From the human T2T-CHM13v2.0 reference genome, Homo sapiens, in the NCBI RefSeq assembly GCF_009914755.1, contig NC_060926.1: DNA of 64,000 nt, one strand, 5' to 3'. This document shows, one piece after another, positions 50,450-64,000 of this stretch. How positions within the stretch are numbered: position 1 is the first letter of the stretch; every line of letters starts with the position of its first letter. Position numbers and translations under genes: made by a program. Below the pieces are notes generated by a model. That model was not told the origin of the DNA. It saw only the letters and a list, made by a program, of their open reading frames with translations, and ran no database searches.

Positions 50450-50531
50450 ATTATTTATTTATTTATTTATATTATTATTATTATTATACTTTACGTTTTA
50501 GGGTACATATGCACAATGTGCAGGTTAGTTA
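50450..50531 (-). mobile_element. Very short L1PA 3'-end insertion with a (TTTA)n/(TTA)n tail
   Basis: tatactttacgttttagggtacatatgcacaatgtgcaggttagtta is the reverse L1PA terminus. Confidence 0.85.
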
Positions 50532-51445
50532 TTTTTTAATCATATCCTAATAGTCAACTTGCAGCACTCGTCTCCTTTAAAGTATAATGAAATTCCCATT
50601 CACATGCTTCAATTTAGATCCTCCCTATCTTCTGTAGCTTTTCTTTTTTGTTATACTTGCGTAGCCCTTGTTCCTCTCCCCTTACACTTTTTCTTTATCA
50701 TTCTTTCATTTGTTCTCTTTATTTTAAATACACATATACAAGCCAAGCAGTTACTGGAATCATGTGGAAGTCAGGTATCTCTCTACATTTCATCCTTACT
50801 AGAGAAAGATTAATTAGGAACAAACAATCTCAATGAAACAAGTAGTATTTGGGGCAGCGTTATCATTCTGGTTGTTTATGCCAAGACATCATTTTCCTCC
50901 TGTCATGCGTGCACCAACCACTACTGGTAGGGGTTTTATTAATGGACTAAAACTTAGTGGATTGGAAGCAGAAATGCCTATAGTTTATAAGGAGTGAGGA
51001 ACTACTCTGAAAGAGTAGCTAGAGACTTTGTATCTATTTAGTTGTGGTTTGCAGAAACTTCTATCATTTTTTTTCTCAGTGAATTCTAAAAGGTTCATTT
51101 ATTTCTCTGAAGTGTGACCTTTCTTTTCTGCAACAAAACAAAAATATTGGTGGGCAGTCCAAAGCTGGCACCGAGGTGACTTCAACCCAGAAGATCCATT
51201 CATTCAATAGCTATTTGTTGAGCACCTTGTTTTTTCAGGCACTGTTCCAGGAACTTGAGATACAATGTTGAACTGAACAGACAAATAACCCTGCCTTCAG
51301 GGAGCTTACATTCTAGTATTAACAATATTTTAATTAAATGTCAATATTGCCATGTAACAACAGCATTCTCAGCACACAGTGGGCTAGAAAAACTTTCTTT
51401 TCATCACTTAGAAACCTTAAAGTACTCACCGTTAATCTCAGGCAT

Positions 51446-51813
51446 TGTTAGGGACTGAACGTTTGTGTTCTGCCAAAATTCCTGAGACAGCCTAATCTTC
51501 AGTGCCATGGTATTAGGAGGCAGCGCTTCCCAAAGGAAGTGATTAGGACATAAGGGTGGACCCCTCATGAATGGAATTAATGACCTTTTAAGAAGAGACA
51601 CAAAGGATTCCTTTCTCTCCTCTCCACCACATGAGGAAGGACATGGCAAGAAAATGGCCTTCCTATACAGAAGAGGGCCCTCACCAAAGACGGACCAGGC
51701 TGGCACACTGATCTTGGACTACCCAGCCACCAGAACTATCAGAAATAAATTTCTGTTGTTTAAACTACCCAGTTGATAGTATTTTGTTCTGGCAGCCTGA
51801 ACTGACTAAGACA
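51446..51813 (+). mobile_element. MLT1A-like MaLR solo LTR
   Basis: tgttagggactgaacgtttgtg start, gactaagaca end, AATAAA, 5-bp TSD ggcat/ggcgt. Confidence 0.85.
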
Positions 51814-53334
51814 GGCGTCAAAGGAAAGTAATGGAATCAGGAGGGTTTCAGAACTTATGTCCCCCGCAGAGCAGCTCTGGGAAGCAGGATATTGCAGTGT
51901 CCACTTTGGTACCGAGAAACAGGGGCTCCAGTCCTAACCTTTTCATTTAAAAGATATACGTTATTAAAAATCAAACCCTCCCTGAGATTCACTTTTATCA
52001 TTTGCTTAATGAAGCCCCTACTCAAAGGCTCTGTAAGGATATATGAGGATAACATATGTAAAACGCTTAACACGGTGTGTTCGCCTCAGCAAGCAAGGGT
52101 GAGTATCCCCAGGAGGCTTGCGTTTGTTTTGACAGCCAGAAGCCTGCTGAAGAAATGCTGGCAGTCTCCCTTTCATCCAGGTGCAAGGAGAACTAAGCGT
52201 GAGGACATGGTGAGGGAGAGAGCCCGTCTGATGTCTTCCCTTGGGCTCAAGAAGACACATGGGTAGTTAGCGTCTCCTGGGCCAGATGCAGAAGTTTTGT
52301 AAGTTTTATGAGAGTGTTGAGTTCTGCAATAATATCTCACATTTTTCGCCACAGCTCTTCTGGAAATAATTTATACTGTTTATCAAAAACAGAGCCAAGA
52401 CCATCAGATTAGCAAAATCCAGGATTCCTATTTATCTTGTTGTTAATGAATGATGGAACAGAAGATACAGCCACAATTATCCTGTCATAGCAGATTTGCC
52501 TCATTTCTGCCATGTGCTAGATTTTTGATCATTGAAACAAAAGGAGAAAATAAGTAGCTGCATTCTTCATAAGTTTTCCTGGTGCATCAATATTCTTTCC
52601 CAACTATACTCTGATTCTTTTAATTAGGGGCAAACAAATCACAATCACAAAGGTATTAATGCTCATAAAGCTTAAAATCTCTTGAATCTCAAAAGAAATA
52701 CTTGCTGTAATTAAAAAATGAAAATCTATCATTTAAAAACAGTTTGACATGGCATATTTGTATTTTGAATTATAATAGTTAGGACTCTGATATTTATTTG
52801 TGGTTTACCAGCTGAAAAGACACAAGGGAAGGCACATCTCCATTCTCACTCCAAATTTATTATTTTGCAGCAAGAAGTGATTGTAAGAGAGAAAGTATCT
52901 GAGAGAACAAATGTGAATATATGGGTTTCAGGGAGGGAGGTGGCAAAATCACATGAAATATGAGAACGTTCATATCCTCATCCATAAAATGAATATGTTC
53001 TAACTCTATAGTTTATCTCTTCCCCTGGAAAATTGTATTGTTCAATGAATCTACAAGTGTAAGATGTAATTCAACCATGGCAGCAAGTAGAGGTCATCTC
53101 CTCTAGGTCTAACATAATTAATGAAGGCAAATGGGCAGTCCAGAAGGGATTTAAGAAATTAATTTAATAAGTCTTTGTGAGGATATTTTACACGGTTGGC
53201 TCTGTGCTAAGTGCTGTGGGAAATGCGGGAGCTCGATAATACAAGGTCACTTGCTCCAATAAGGCACATATCCAGGGCAAACACAAAGATGATAGGCTTA
53301 TTAAAATACTAATAAACTTTAAAAATCTTTATTA

Positions 53335-53655
<321 letters not shown>

Positions 53656-54699
53656 TATTAAAATGTTCTACAATTGAGCCAAGATAGAATACTTATAATC
53701 TATGGATTCCATCATCTTCCTTTTTTTGGGGGCTCAAGTTCTGTGTCACATTTACACTCCAATAAGCTTAATATTTTTTAAAGATTTGTACCATTGCTTT
53801 AGTATATCATGATATTCTCTTGCATTTTGCAGCTACTATACAACTTTAGGTAATCTGATTATGTGATAGTATGAAGACCAAAGATAATGACTAGGCAAAT
53901 ACCATCAGAACCACTTCCGGACCAAAATGTGCTTTTCAATACATATATCTTTGTTAGAATAATCCAATCATATATAACATTATATAACACTATGAAAAAA
54001 AAATCTACTTCTATTGACAACAGGCTGGGGCACTGCCTTCTGCTGGGCCCTGTGCTTAGCATTTGTAACTGTTGGGAAAACAGAATTAATTCTATATTCC
54101 AAGGAAGAAAGAGTTTTGTATTTGTTTATATGAAAATATATTTTAACTCATCTTGTTGCTTTTTAAACACTGGTAGAAGTAGACAGAATAGCAAAATAAA
54201 CCCCCATATATGCAGCCTTAACAGTGGTCAACTCATGACCAATTTTTTTTCCCACATGTATATCATGGGGATACATCATCCACATGTATATCAGTATTAA
54301 TGGATGGAAATAATCTTAATACATTGCTCTAGAAGTTACAGAAAAGTTGGAAGAGATGAGTGAGTGAAGGTCAGAGAAGCTACTGTAAGACTTCACAACA
54401 TCTGAAAGCCCAGGCAGCCACAGGTCAATTCCTGGAAGATGCTCTCAGTTGCCTGTAGCAGGGGGCATGGAATTTGAAGGAGCTTGTCCAGGGAGGCAGT
54501 GGTTATTGATCTCTATTGGATGCAGGAGTAAAGTGAGTGGTTTGATGGAGCTGACCAGAATGGGACCCTGTATCTTGCATCTGTCTTTTGTTTACAACTT
54601 TGCCTGCAGCTGCCTTTACTTCTGCACTGAAATCTCAGATCATTGTTTCTCATTGGCAGACTCTCACTTATTTATTTACCTTTTTTTTTTTTTAATTTT

Positions 54700-54817
54700 A
54701 GCCTACAGCACCTGGTATTCCCAGGTACTCTCCCATACAAAAACTAACCAGACCCAACCTGCTTAGCTTCCAAGATCAGAGGAGATCAAGTGTGTTCAGG
54801 GTGGCATAGCTGTGGAC
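54700..54817 (-). pseudogene. Retroposed 5S rRNA pseudogene (near full length)
   Basis: Reverse complement of 5S rRNA (gcctacagcacc...gcttagcttcc...ttcagggtgg...gtggac) with CpG decay. T-rich tail at 54667-54699; TSD caga(c/a)tctca at 54657-54666 and 54818-54827. Confidence 0.93.
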
Positions 54818-55283
54818 CAGAATCTCATACAAAAGCATACTGGAAAAAGATATGGGGAAATGTAGCCCAAGCTTCTCCACTGTGATGCAATGGAAAATAA
54901 AGATAAGTGTGGATATGAGGCTGAGCTGCTGACAGTCTAGCACAGCATCATACATATATTACTCTATTTAAAATGTTCAACAACCTTAATAAACATTTAA
55001 TCTTCATTTTAAAATAAATGATTAATCTCATTTTTACAGAAGAGTAAATTTGTGCATAAAAGGTTAAGTAACTCATCCAAGGTTACACAGTTGGCAGAAC
55101 CATGATGTAACCCTATGTTATGCATAAAATCCGAAGTCCTTAATCCTATTCACCACAAATACTACTTCCCAACATTATGTCAATAAGAATATCTTCAAAT
55201 ACCCATTCTATGATTTATTTTACTCTACCTAATGCATTTCATTGATCTGCCAGGTTAGTTAACTTATTAACATAGGAAATTAG

Positions 55284-55910
<627 letters not shown>

Positions 55911-57257
55911 AATATGGCTTATTCTTAATAAAAGCATATGGTACTTCCCTTTCTAATCACTGAAACATTTTCTTTTTAATATCTGAGTCTAGATTCTAGC
56001 TCAGTATCCATGCCATGGTCATCTTTCAAAATTTAATTTATCCTTATGTCTGAAGTATGAACTGAGACTTCCAGTTAAATGTGAAGATTTGAACTCATTC
56101 GATTAATTTTAGTGACTCCTAAATCCTCAGTGACAAAGCAAAAGGAAAATTAGGGGACAGCAACAACAAAATGACATGGTAGAGAATAGATGAGCAAGTG
56201 TTAACTCACTTAACAGACTCAGAGGATAAATACATAAGCTAGTAATGAGACTAACAAGAATCATGAAAATGTGAATATATAGTAGGAAACCCAGAAAGAA
56301 AAACACACATTAGAGGTTCAATACTTTCTAAAAATGAGTTCCAAGTGAGGCTACACAAAATGGACTGAAAGTCTATAGGAGAAGTTAGAGTCTCTAAGAT
56401 ACGCTCCTATCTCATTGACTAAGTCAAACTGGGAGTTGCCCCTCTCCTTTAATGACATGTAACTGAATTTTGAACATCAGGCCAGCTCAGGGCAGGGGTG
56501 CTATGTTGAAAAGGTGCGATAATCAAAACCTTACAGAATGAGTTTGAAACCTCAAACTTCCTTACCCAACTTTCTTCTCCTTTATCCCTGGCAGCAAGGT
56601 TTTTATTCTTAGTTAGATAGGATGTCCAGTTTCTGAAAAATTAAAAACTAACTTAGGAAGTGAATAGAATTACACATAGTAATGGCTGTGGGTTCTCAAA
56701 AGAAGTAATCCAACCACCTCACCTTACAATGACCTCACGAACATGAAAAAAGAAAACCACTCATGCATACAGACTTCCTCGGGGTTTCACTATAAATATG
56801 AAAGGAGAGACAAGAATCAATGGAAGGGGGAGAATAAATTAACAGAGAAAAGGATATATAAGAATATATGAGAAAAGACAATGCAGAGAGATAAAAACCT
56901 AAGACAAAACAAAAACAAATAAAAACAAGCCACAAACATCTTTACTTTGTCCTATCTTCACAGCAATAAAATAAGGTATTCAATGCACGAACAAGAACAG
57001 AATGCCATGAAAAGGAATGTCTGGAGAACCACAAAAAAACTCTTGAAGATTAAATTTACTGGAAAAGATGCAAGTTAAATTTAGGAAATCTCCCAGAAAG
57101 AAAACAGAAAAAGACAAAGATGGAAAATAGAGAAAATAACATGAAACTAAGCAAAAAGATCATCAAAGGGTTAGCCACTTTGTTCAACAAGCAAATCATA
57201 TAAATTCCATAAAAGGTGAACCAAGAAATTAAAGGTAAGAAAAAGAAAGGCAGCACC

Positions 57258-57750
57258 TGACAGTGAAAGCCAGCTGGGCATTCTCAGCTGGGCCTCAGTG
57301 TTGCTGGAAACTGACCTAACACTCAGTGCTGTGTAGGCCTCTTGTTCTCCTGTCCAACACACACAGTTTCACAGAAAATTAATATCAGACAAGGGCACTC
57401 TGTGTCCATGATGGAACAAGGCAAAATAAGGTACTCCATAATCCTGATGAGCACAGACAGAAACAAGAACATTGTCTAAACCACAAAAGTAACCAAATAG
57501 CCCTTTCCTAACCAATAGGAGTAAGTGCTGCTTTTTTAACCAATCAGAACGTTAGCAAGGCTTCATTTCTCCCGCCTTCTAGAAAGGAATGATTAAGATG
57601 GCCCCATATAATCGCCCCTACTTCCTGACAGCATCCAACTGAGAACAGAACCCAATTCCTTCAACCTTTCCCAAACTCACTTACCAAAAGACCAAACCCT
57701 ATAATTAATCCTTTAGTGAACCTTATTTCTGAAATGGGCCATGGTTTATC
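57258..57750 (+). mobile_element. ERV1-class LTR (MER67/MER31-like) inside old L1M sequence (~56050-58510)
   Basis: cagacaagggcactctgtgtccatgatgg and cttcctgacagcatccaa motifs. Confidence 0.55.
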
Positions 57751-58997
57751 ACAGACATTGTCAAAAATGTTATTAAATATCTTTCTCAGGAAAATACTAC
57801 AAAGCAAAACAAAATGATGGATAATTAAGACAGATGGACATATGGAAAAGGAAATTCATCCCAAAAGATAGGGTCATAAAATCCAAAGATGATGGTGAAG
57901 GCAGATCTCAGGACAAGAGCTGGACAGCAAATCTAAAGAACAACTCGTCAGACTGGAGCAGGAAGATGGAAAACTTCTCTGAGATAAACTAATTCGTTAA
58001 ATTTAACAAATCTAAATTGAGAAATTCCTTGGTGTGTTTAAATATGCCAAGAGGAAATACATATTGTTGCCTGAAATCTTGAGGATGAATTAATGGTAAG
58101 TATAATAAAAAAGGTAAGTTAAAAGATAAAGGAATTATTAACTCTAAGAGAGACAAAAAAGTCATAAAAATGTATAAGCATACTATACTACATGGTTCAG
58201 CCACAAATACTATTTCATAGGCAAATAATAAAAATGCTAAAATTAATTTAACCCAAACCTGTGATACAATCATATTTTAGGATGGAAAAATGAGAAGCCT
58301 GTGTGTAGAGTAATGTATGAGGGATACTTATTTATTTTCAATGGTATAAATGCAATGAAAGTTTCTTTAAAAATAAATAGTAACAATATATGCATGTCAC
58401 TTAGAATTATGGAGTTGATTGACTGGTAAAACCACAGGTTTAGAAAACCATGTATATGAATAACTATTATGAAAATAAAAATTAAACTAAAACAGAATAA
58501 CAATGACAAAATTGCTGATGGAACATTACTGTGAGGGAGGCTCGAGGAGCAAAGCAGAAAATTGTGGCAGATGAGGCAAGAGAGATAGTGAGGGCCTGCA
58601 CCCTGCCAGGCCTTCCAGTTCTGCTAAGAAGCTCAGCCACCAGGTTGTTTGCAATGGGAAGCCACTGCAGGTTTTTAGCTGAGAAGCAATTATCTCCAAA
58701 TTCTATTTTACATAGATCCTTGGCCTGCAGCATGAAAATCATTTCCAGGAGAGCCAAAACAAGGAGCAGAATGAAGGTCGGAGGCTCTTGTGCTAGTTCA
58801 GGTGGTTAATGATGGTTTTGGGAATAGGGGGGTTGGTGACACGGGAGAGTTAGTAGTATTTAAGACACATTTAGGAGGGAAAATCAGCAGTATGTAGTGA
58901 TAATCACTACGAATGGGCAAGCGTAACTGAGATGTTTCTAGCTTGCATAACTGAAAAAATGTTTGTGAATACAGAAAAATACACGCTTCCACCATAA

Positions 58998-59327
<330 letters not shown>

Positions 59328-59557
59328 AGAAGTTTAGTTTTGTACCTATTGAATTTGAGATGAATTTGAATGCAGCTGCCAAGCAAGCAGCTTCAAGGAG
59401 AAAACTGAGCTGCAAACCTCACTTTAAGAGGCAGATCAATATTGATATTGGGATATATAAAAGTTGACATGTCAAGCTTGATGTGAAACGTTGGTTATGA
59501 GAGAAAATATAAAATAGAAAGAAGGCTAGGACAGGGCAATGCTTGAGAAATACAAAC

Positions 59558-59875
<318 letters not shown>

Positions 59876-60086
59876 CTAGAAATACAAACATTTTAAGGTT
59901 TGTTAGAGAGGCAAGAATTCGCATAGAAGAGTGTGGAGAAAGCAAGGGACAATTTAAAATGCTGCAGCAAGAGGAAGTAAGGTGAGAACAGGAAGATGTC
60001 CTTAAGATTCATGTTTGTAAGTGCAACAGTGCCAATGCAGTGATAGGAGGAGAAGCCAGACCAGAGCATACTAAGAAGTAAATCGA

Positions 60087-60295
60087 GGATAACTATAATC
60101 AATAATAATAGAATTGTACATTTAAAAATAATTAAAAGAGTATAACTGAATTCAGGGAATGGATACCCCATTTTACATGATGTGATTAGTATGCATTGCA
60201 TGCCTGTATCAAAAATCTCACATGCTCCATAGTATACACATCAACTATGTACCCACAAAAATTAATATAAAAAATTAAATTTTTTTTTAAAAAAT
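60087..60295 (+). mobile_element. L1MA-type 3' end fragment
   Basis: ggataccccattttacatgatgtgatt...gcatgcctgtatcaaaa...ctatgtacccacaaaaatt. Confidence 0.75.
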
Positions 60296-60741
60296 AGGTA
60301 AGTCCAATGTCAGGAAATACAGACAACTCTTAAAAGTGAGGCTACTAAATAGGAGATAAAAGAGAAGTCACACGTCATTCCCAAGTAGCAGTTTCCCTTT
60401 CTAGGCCATCTTCCTTTCCTAGACAAAGCAACTACATCCTTTGCTTAGGTTAAGTGGAGCTTACCACTGTTCGTAGCTCTCAGTTCCTTGGGTGTTTTTA
60501 ATATCCCTGTCATCCTTCCTACCATATTATATTTGTTTTTGCTGTGTGTTGCTCTCACTTCCTTTCTCATGCCCCTTTCAGATCTGAGTCAGTCTATGAG
60601 CTCTTTGGCATCTTTTTAGAAACCCTAGGGCATGTCTATCAGTGTTGCTCATTAGAATCATTTACCACTATGATCTCAAACTTCATTGCTGATATCTACC
60701 CTGCAAGATGGAATCACCTCTTCATTTAAAAACTCATTCTT

Positions 60742-61040
60742 GGCCAGGAGCAGTGGCTCACCTCTAATCCCAGCACTTTGGGAGGTAGGGGTAGGTGGAT
60801 CACTTGAGACCAGCCTGGGCAACATGGGGAAACCCCATCTCTACTAAAAATACAAAAACAATTATCTGGGTGCGGTGGCACAAGCCTGTGGTCCAGTTAC
60901 TCAGGAGGCTAAGGTGAGATTACTTGAGCCTGAGAGGCAGAAGTTGCGAGGTTGCAGTGAGCCGAGATCACACTACTGCATTCCAGTCTGGGCGACAGAG
61001 TGAGACCCGGTTAAAAAACAAAAGAAAACAAAACAAAAAA
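60742..61040 (+). mobile_element. Old Alu (J/early S) with small indels
   Basis: Dimeric Alu with an (AAAAC)n tail. Confidence 0.9.
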
Positions 61041-61558
61041 ACTCATATTCTGAAATCTAGCATACTTTTTCTCTGAATTTTCAACATCTAAATGCCTCAG
61101 GTCCATGTCCTGTTTATTCACCTATCATAAATTTTGGGCATGATGGTCTCTGTTTTCTAAGATACCTTGGCTTCCAATACATAAACCACTTCTTTTTTGT
61201 CAGACAGAGACAGAACCTTGTTTAAGGCTCTCCTTTTGGGATATTAATTTTTCAGTAAAGCAAATCTATAGTTTATTAGATGTTTTGCATTTAGCTGTGT
61301 AAAACTTTTAGGGCATATACAGTAACTTGAAACCTCTATCACTACATTCTCCCTCTGTACCACACTTGAGGCCTGGTATTGAAATACATAATTTCCTCCA
61401 CTGAGTTGAGTGGCTTGGAGTATACACATATGTTCATCCACTCGACAAATATTTATTTAGTGCCTACTGTGTGCCAAAATAATATGGCTTGTTTTCCTTT
61501 CTCCTATCTTCTGTTTTTATAATATATTTCAAACAAATTCTCTAAATTGAAGGCTGGA

Positions 61559-61650
61559 ATATTTGAAAGGATAAACAAATCAAATAAACAACTCAATAAA
61601 CAAAGGATAAACAAATATTTGAAAGGATAAACAAATAAACAAATCAATAT
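61559..61650. repeat. Short degenerate repeat containing six ATAAACA motifs
   Basis: ATAAACA at 61571, 61584, 61596, 61607, 61627 and 61635; duplicated atatttgaaaggataaacaaat. Confidence 0.8.
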
Positions 61651-62204
61651 ATTAAAATGCTCTGCTCTAGCTCAATTCAAACCCAGAAATGATTTTAAAA
61701 TGCTGATCCTGTGGCCAACCCAATTTTAATGCCATGGAGGTTCGTAAGAAATATATTTTAAAACAGCTACCATATCCTCATGTTTACCATGCTCTAAGCA
61801 GTGTTGCAGGCATTTGTACATATGCACGTATGTAATCCCCACAACAACCTTAGGATATGTTTTTCTTTTTTTAACACATGGGAAAACTAAGATTAAAAAA
61901 ATCAAGTAAGTTTGCCGATATCACACAGTAATTGGTGAACCTGGCTTACAATTCAGATCTGTCAGACTGCAAAGCGCCCTTGAGGAATTTATAGTGTAGT
62001 TTTGGGGCATAGAGACCCCTGTGGAGAAGTCATTGAGAAAATAACAGAACAAAAACCACAACAAAAACAACAACCAAACAGCTTCCTGCAGGAATGACAC
62101 TAGCTTCTCCATCCATCCAGTTCATTTGAGGCTCACATTTTGGGGTTCACACTCTGGTCCTGGCCCTCCACTGACACTTACTCTCACTGAATTGCATCAT
62201 CAGA

Positions 62205-62453
62205 ATGTAGTGCTGCAATCTCAGCTCACTGCATCCTCCACCTCCAAGGTTCAAGTGATTCTCCTGCCTCAGCCTCCTGAGTAGCTGGGACTACAGGCAC
62301 CCACCACCACGCCCGGCTAATTTTTGTATTTTTAGTAGAGATGGGGTTTCACCATGGTGGCCAGGCTGGTCTCAAACTCCTGACCTCAGGCAATCCGCCT
62401 GCCTCAGCCTCCCAAAGTGCTGGGATTAAAGGTGTGAACCACCATGCCCGGCC
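62205..62453 (-). mobile_element. AluS lacking its 3' ~35 nt and poly-A tail
   Basis: Reverse Alu with an intact 5' end (cccggcc, 62453) but no T-tract or TSD at the left end. Confidence 0.9.
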
Positions 62454-64000
62454 TATATGATGATGTTTAAGGTCACTTGGTACCCACCCATACTTGGGAA
62501 CAAACAAAATGAACCTCCTTGACCAGGAAGGAACCCTGATAGCTTTCAGAAGCTAAATTCCTTCCACTACGATCTTCAAGTCAAATTTCAAGTATAAGTT
62601 GGATTTTACTGGCTCTTCTAGATGATTTTTTTGGGGGTAGGAATTAGCTGACACAGAGAACAGATAACGATACTAGGGAGCTGTAGGGTGAAATGTGAAG
62701 CTTTGTAAGAAGAGTAAACCAGGGATTGACTGTTGTCCTTGAGTTTTTTTGGCCTTCCTCTGTCCGGGGGTGTCAGAGGTTTGAAGCATTTGAGTTAAAT
62801 GACCGAGATTGACGTTCTGTCAAATAGGCAAACCAGAGAGTTTTCTAAAAAATACTATATTTGGGTGAAATCTTGATGAAACAGGTAGAAAATATGCTGT
62901 TAGGGAAGTACAGAGTCAGACCACCGAAACCCCTAACTCCGGTGAATTAGTGGTTATTATATGTGGAGGGAAACATAAACTTTGTTAATACTTTCCCCAT
63001 CCACTGTGAAATATTAAAACTCAGCTGTGATGTAGCATTTAACTGCACATCAAATCAAGAGTCCAGTAATAGAAATTGCCTTTTTGCAGTAGAAAACAGG
63101 GTTAGAAGCAAACCAAAATAACACATAAAACAGATCTCCATGGAGAAAATTGAAGGCTGTTTCTAGCATGTAAAGATCGAGGATGCAATTCTTGTTCTGT
63201 GAAAAGCTTTTTTCCTGGGGTTTTGAATTTTCCTCTTGATTATGTGTGGAATCAAGGGGTGTCTGTGTGATTGCACCCATGCCTGCCTCTGAGGAACAGA
63301 AATGGGGCAGACACAGACAGATGGTGACAGGCTCATTTTTAAGCCCAACCAGCAGGGAGAGAAGTCAAGAACGGAAGGCAGATCATACAGTTGGCACTAA
63401 ATTTTCATTTCCAAATTCTACATCCTCAACTGGCTGAAACTAAGTTTACTTTACTGCTAAATGATAAATTCAGTAAAATAAATTGTAAAAATGAGTCCTT
63501 TTATTGAACTAACTAGCTAATTTTAAAATTTTTAAAAAATCATTCATACTCAGTGTTAACAAGGGTACAGGAAAATGAATGTTCTCTTGCACTGTACTTG
63601 ATTTGCAAATTGGAACTGTCTCTCTAGAAAACAATTTTATATACAAATCAGTATTTATAATGGAGAAGAATGGCAATCTACTTTCTCAAAAGTAGAAGAC
63701 TTCCATATCCATTACAGCACATCAATACAAATTAGGTTTTCAACTAATTTTAAAGACAGACGAAACTGATCATGATACCATGTTTTGCAAACCAAATGAG
63801 ATACAAATCAAATATCCAGTATCATTCTCATAGATGGATATAGAGTGAGTTTTTTTTTCCGAAAATGCCTGACACACTCAAAGTGTTATCAATTATAATC
63901 TCTTAGAGTACTAAGCAAGGAGTTATTTTATTTTTACTACTGCAGCACATTTTTTAAAATTTTACTTTATAATATGTATTATTTTAGTGAAATGTGTTTA

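Overview
Human genomic DNA (it carries a human-specific AluYb8). The window is AT-rich and repeat-dense, and I recognise no host protein-coding exon, so it is intergenic or deep intronic. It holds about 20 Alus, old L1M/L2/MIR debris, MaLR/ERV LTRs and Tigger/hAT DNA-transposon fossils. The only long ORF (20875-23679) is L1 ORF2. It belongs to a TSD-flanked L1PA3-like element that has lost about 2.3 kb (end of 5'UTR, ORF1, endonuclease domain) but keeps its promoter and an open RT frame, nested inside an older L1. Other well-supported items are a 198-bp in-frame CYTB NUMT beside a solo ERVK LTR, a retroposed 5S rRNA pseudogene, a twin-primed L1PB insertion with a possible short 3' transduction, an exact 60-bp tandem duplication and an AT-rich nested palindrome. 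At the left edge is a candidate minus-strand TATA/Inr promoter with a perfect IR-1 (FXR/RXR-type) element; its gene would lie outside the window. I do not see convincing evidence of a new biological system; the best leads are the EN-less L1 and the IR-1 promoter. Repeat subfamily names come from recalled consensus sequences and need RepeatMasker/Dfam confirmation.
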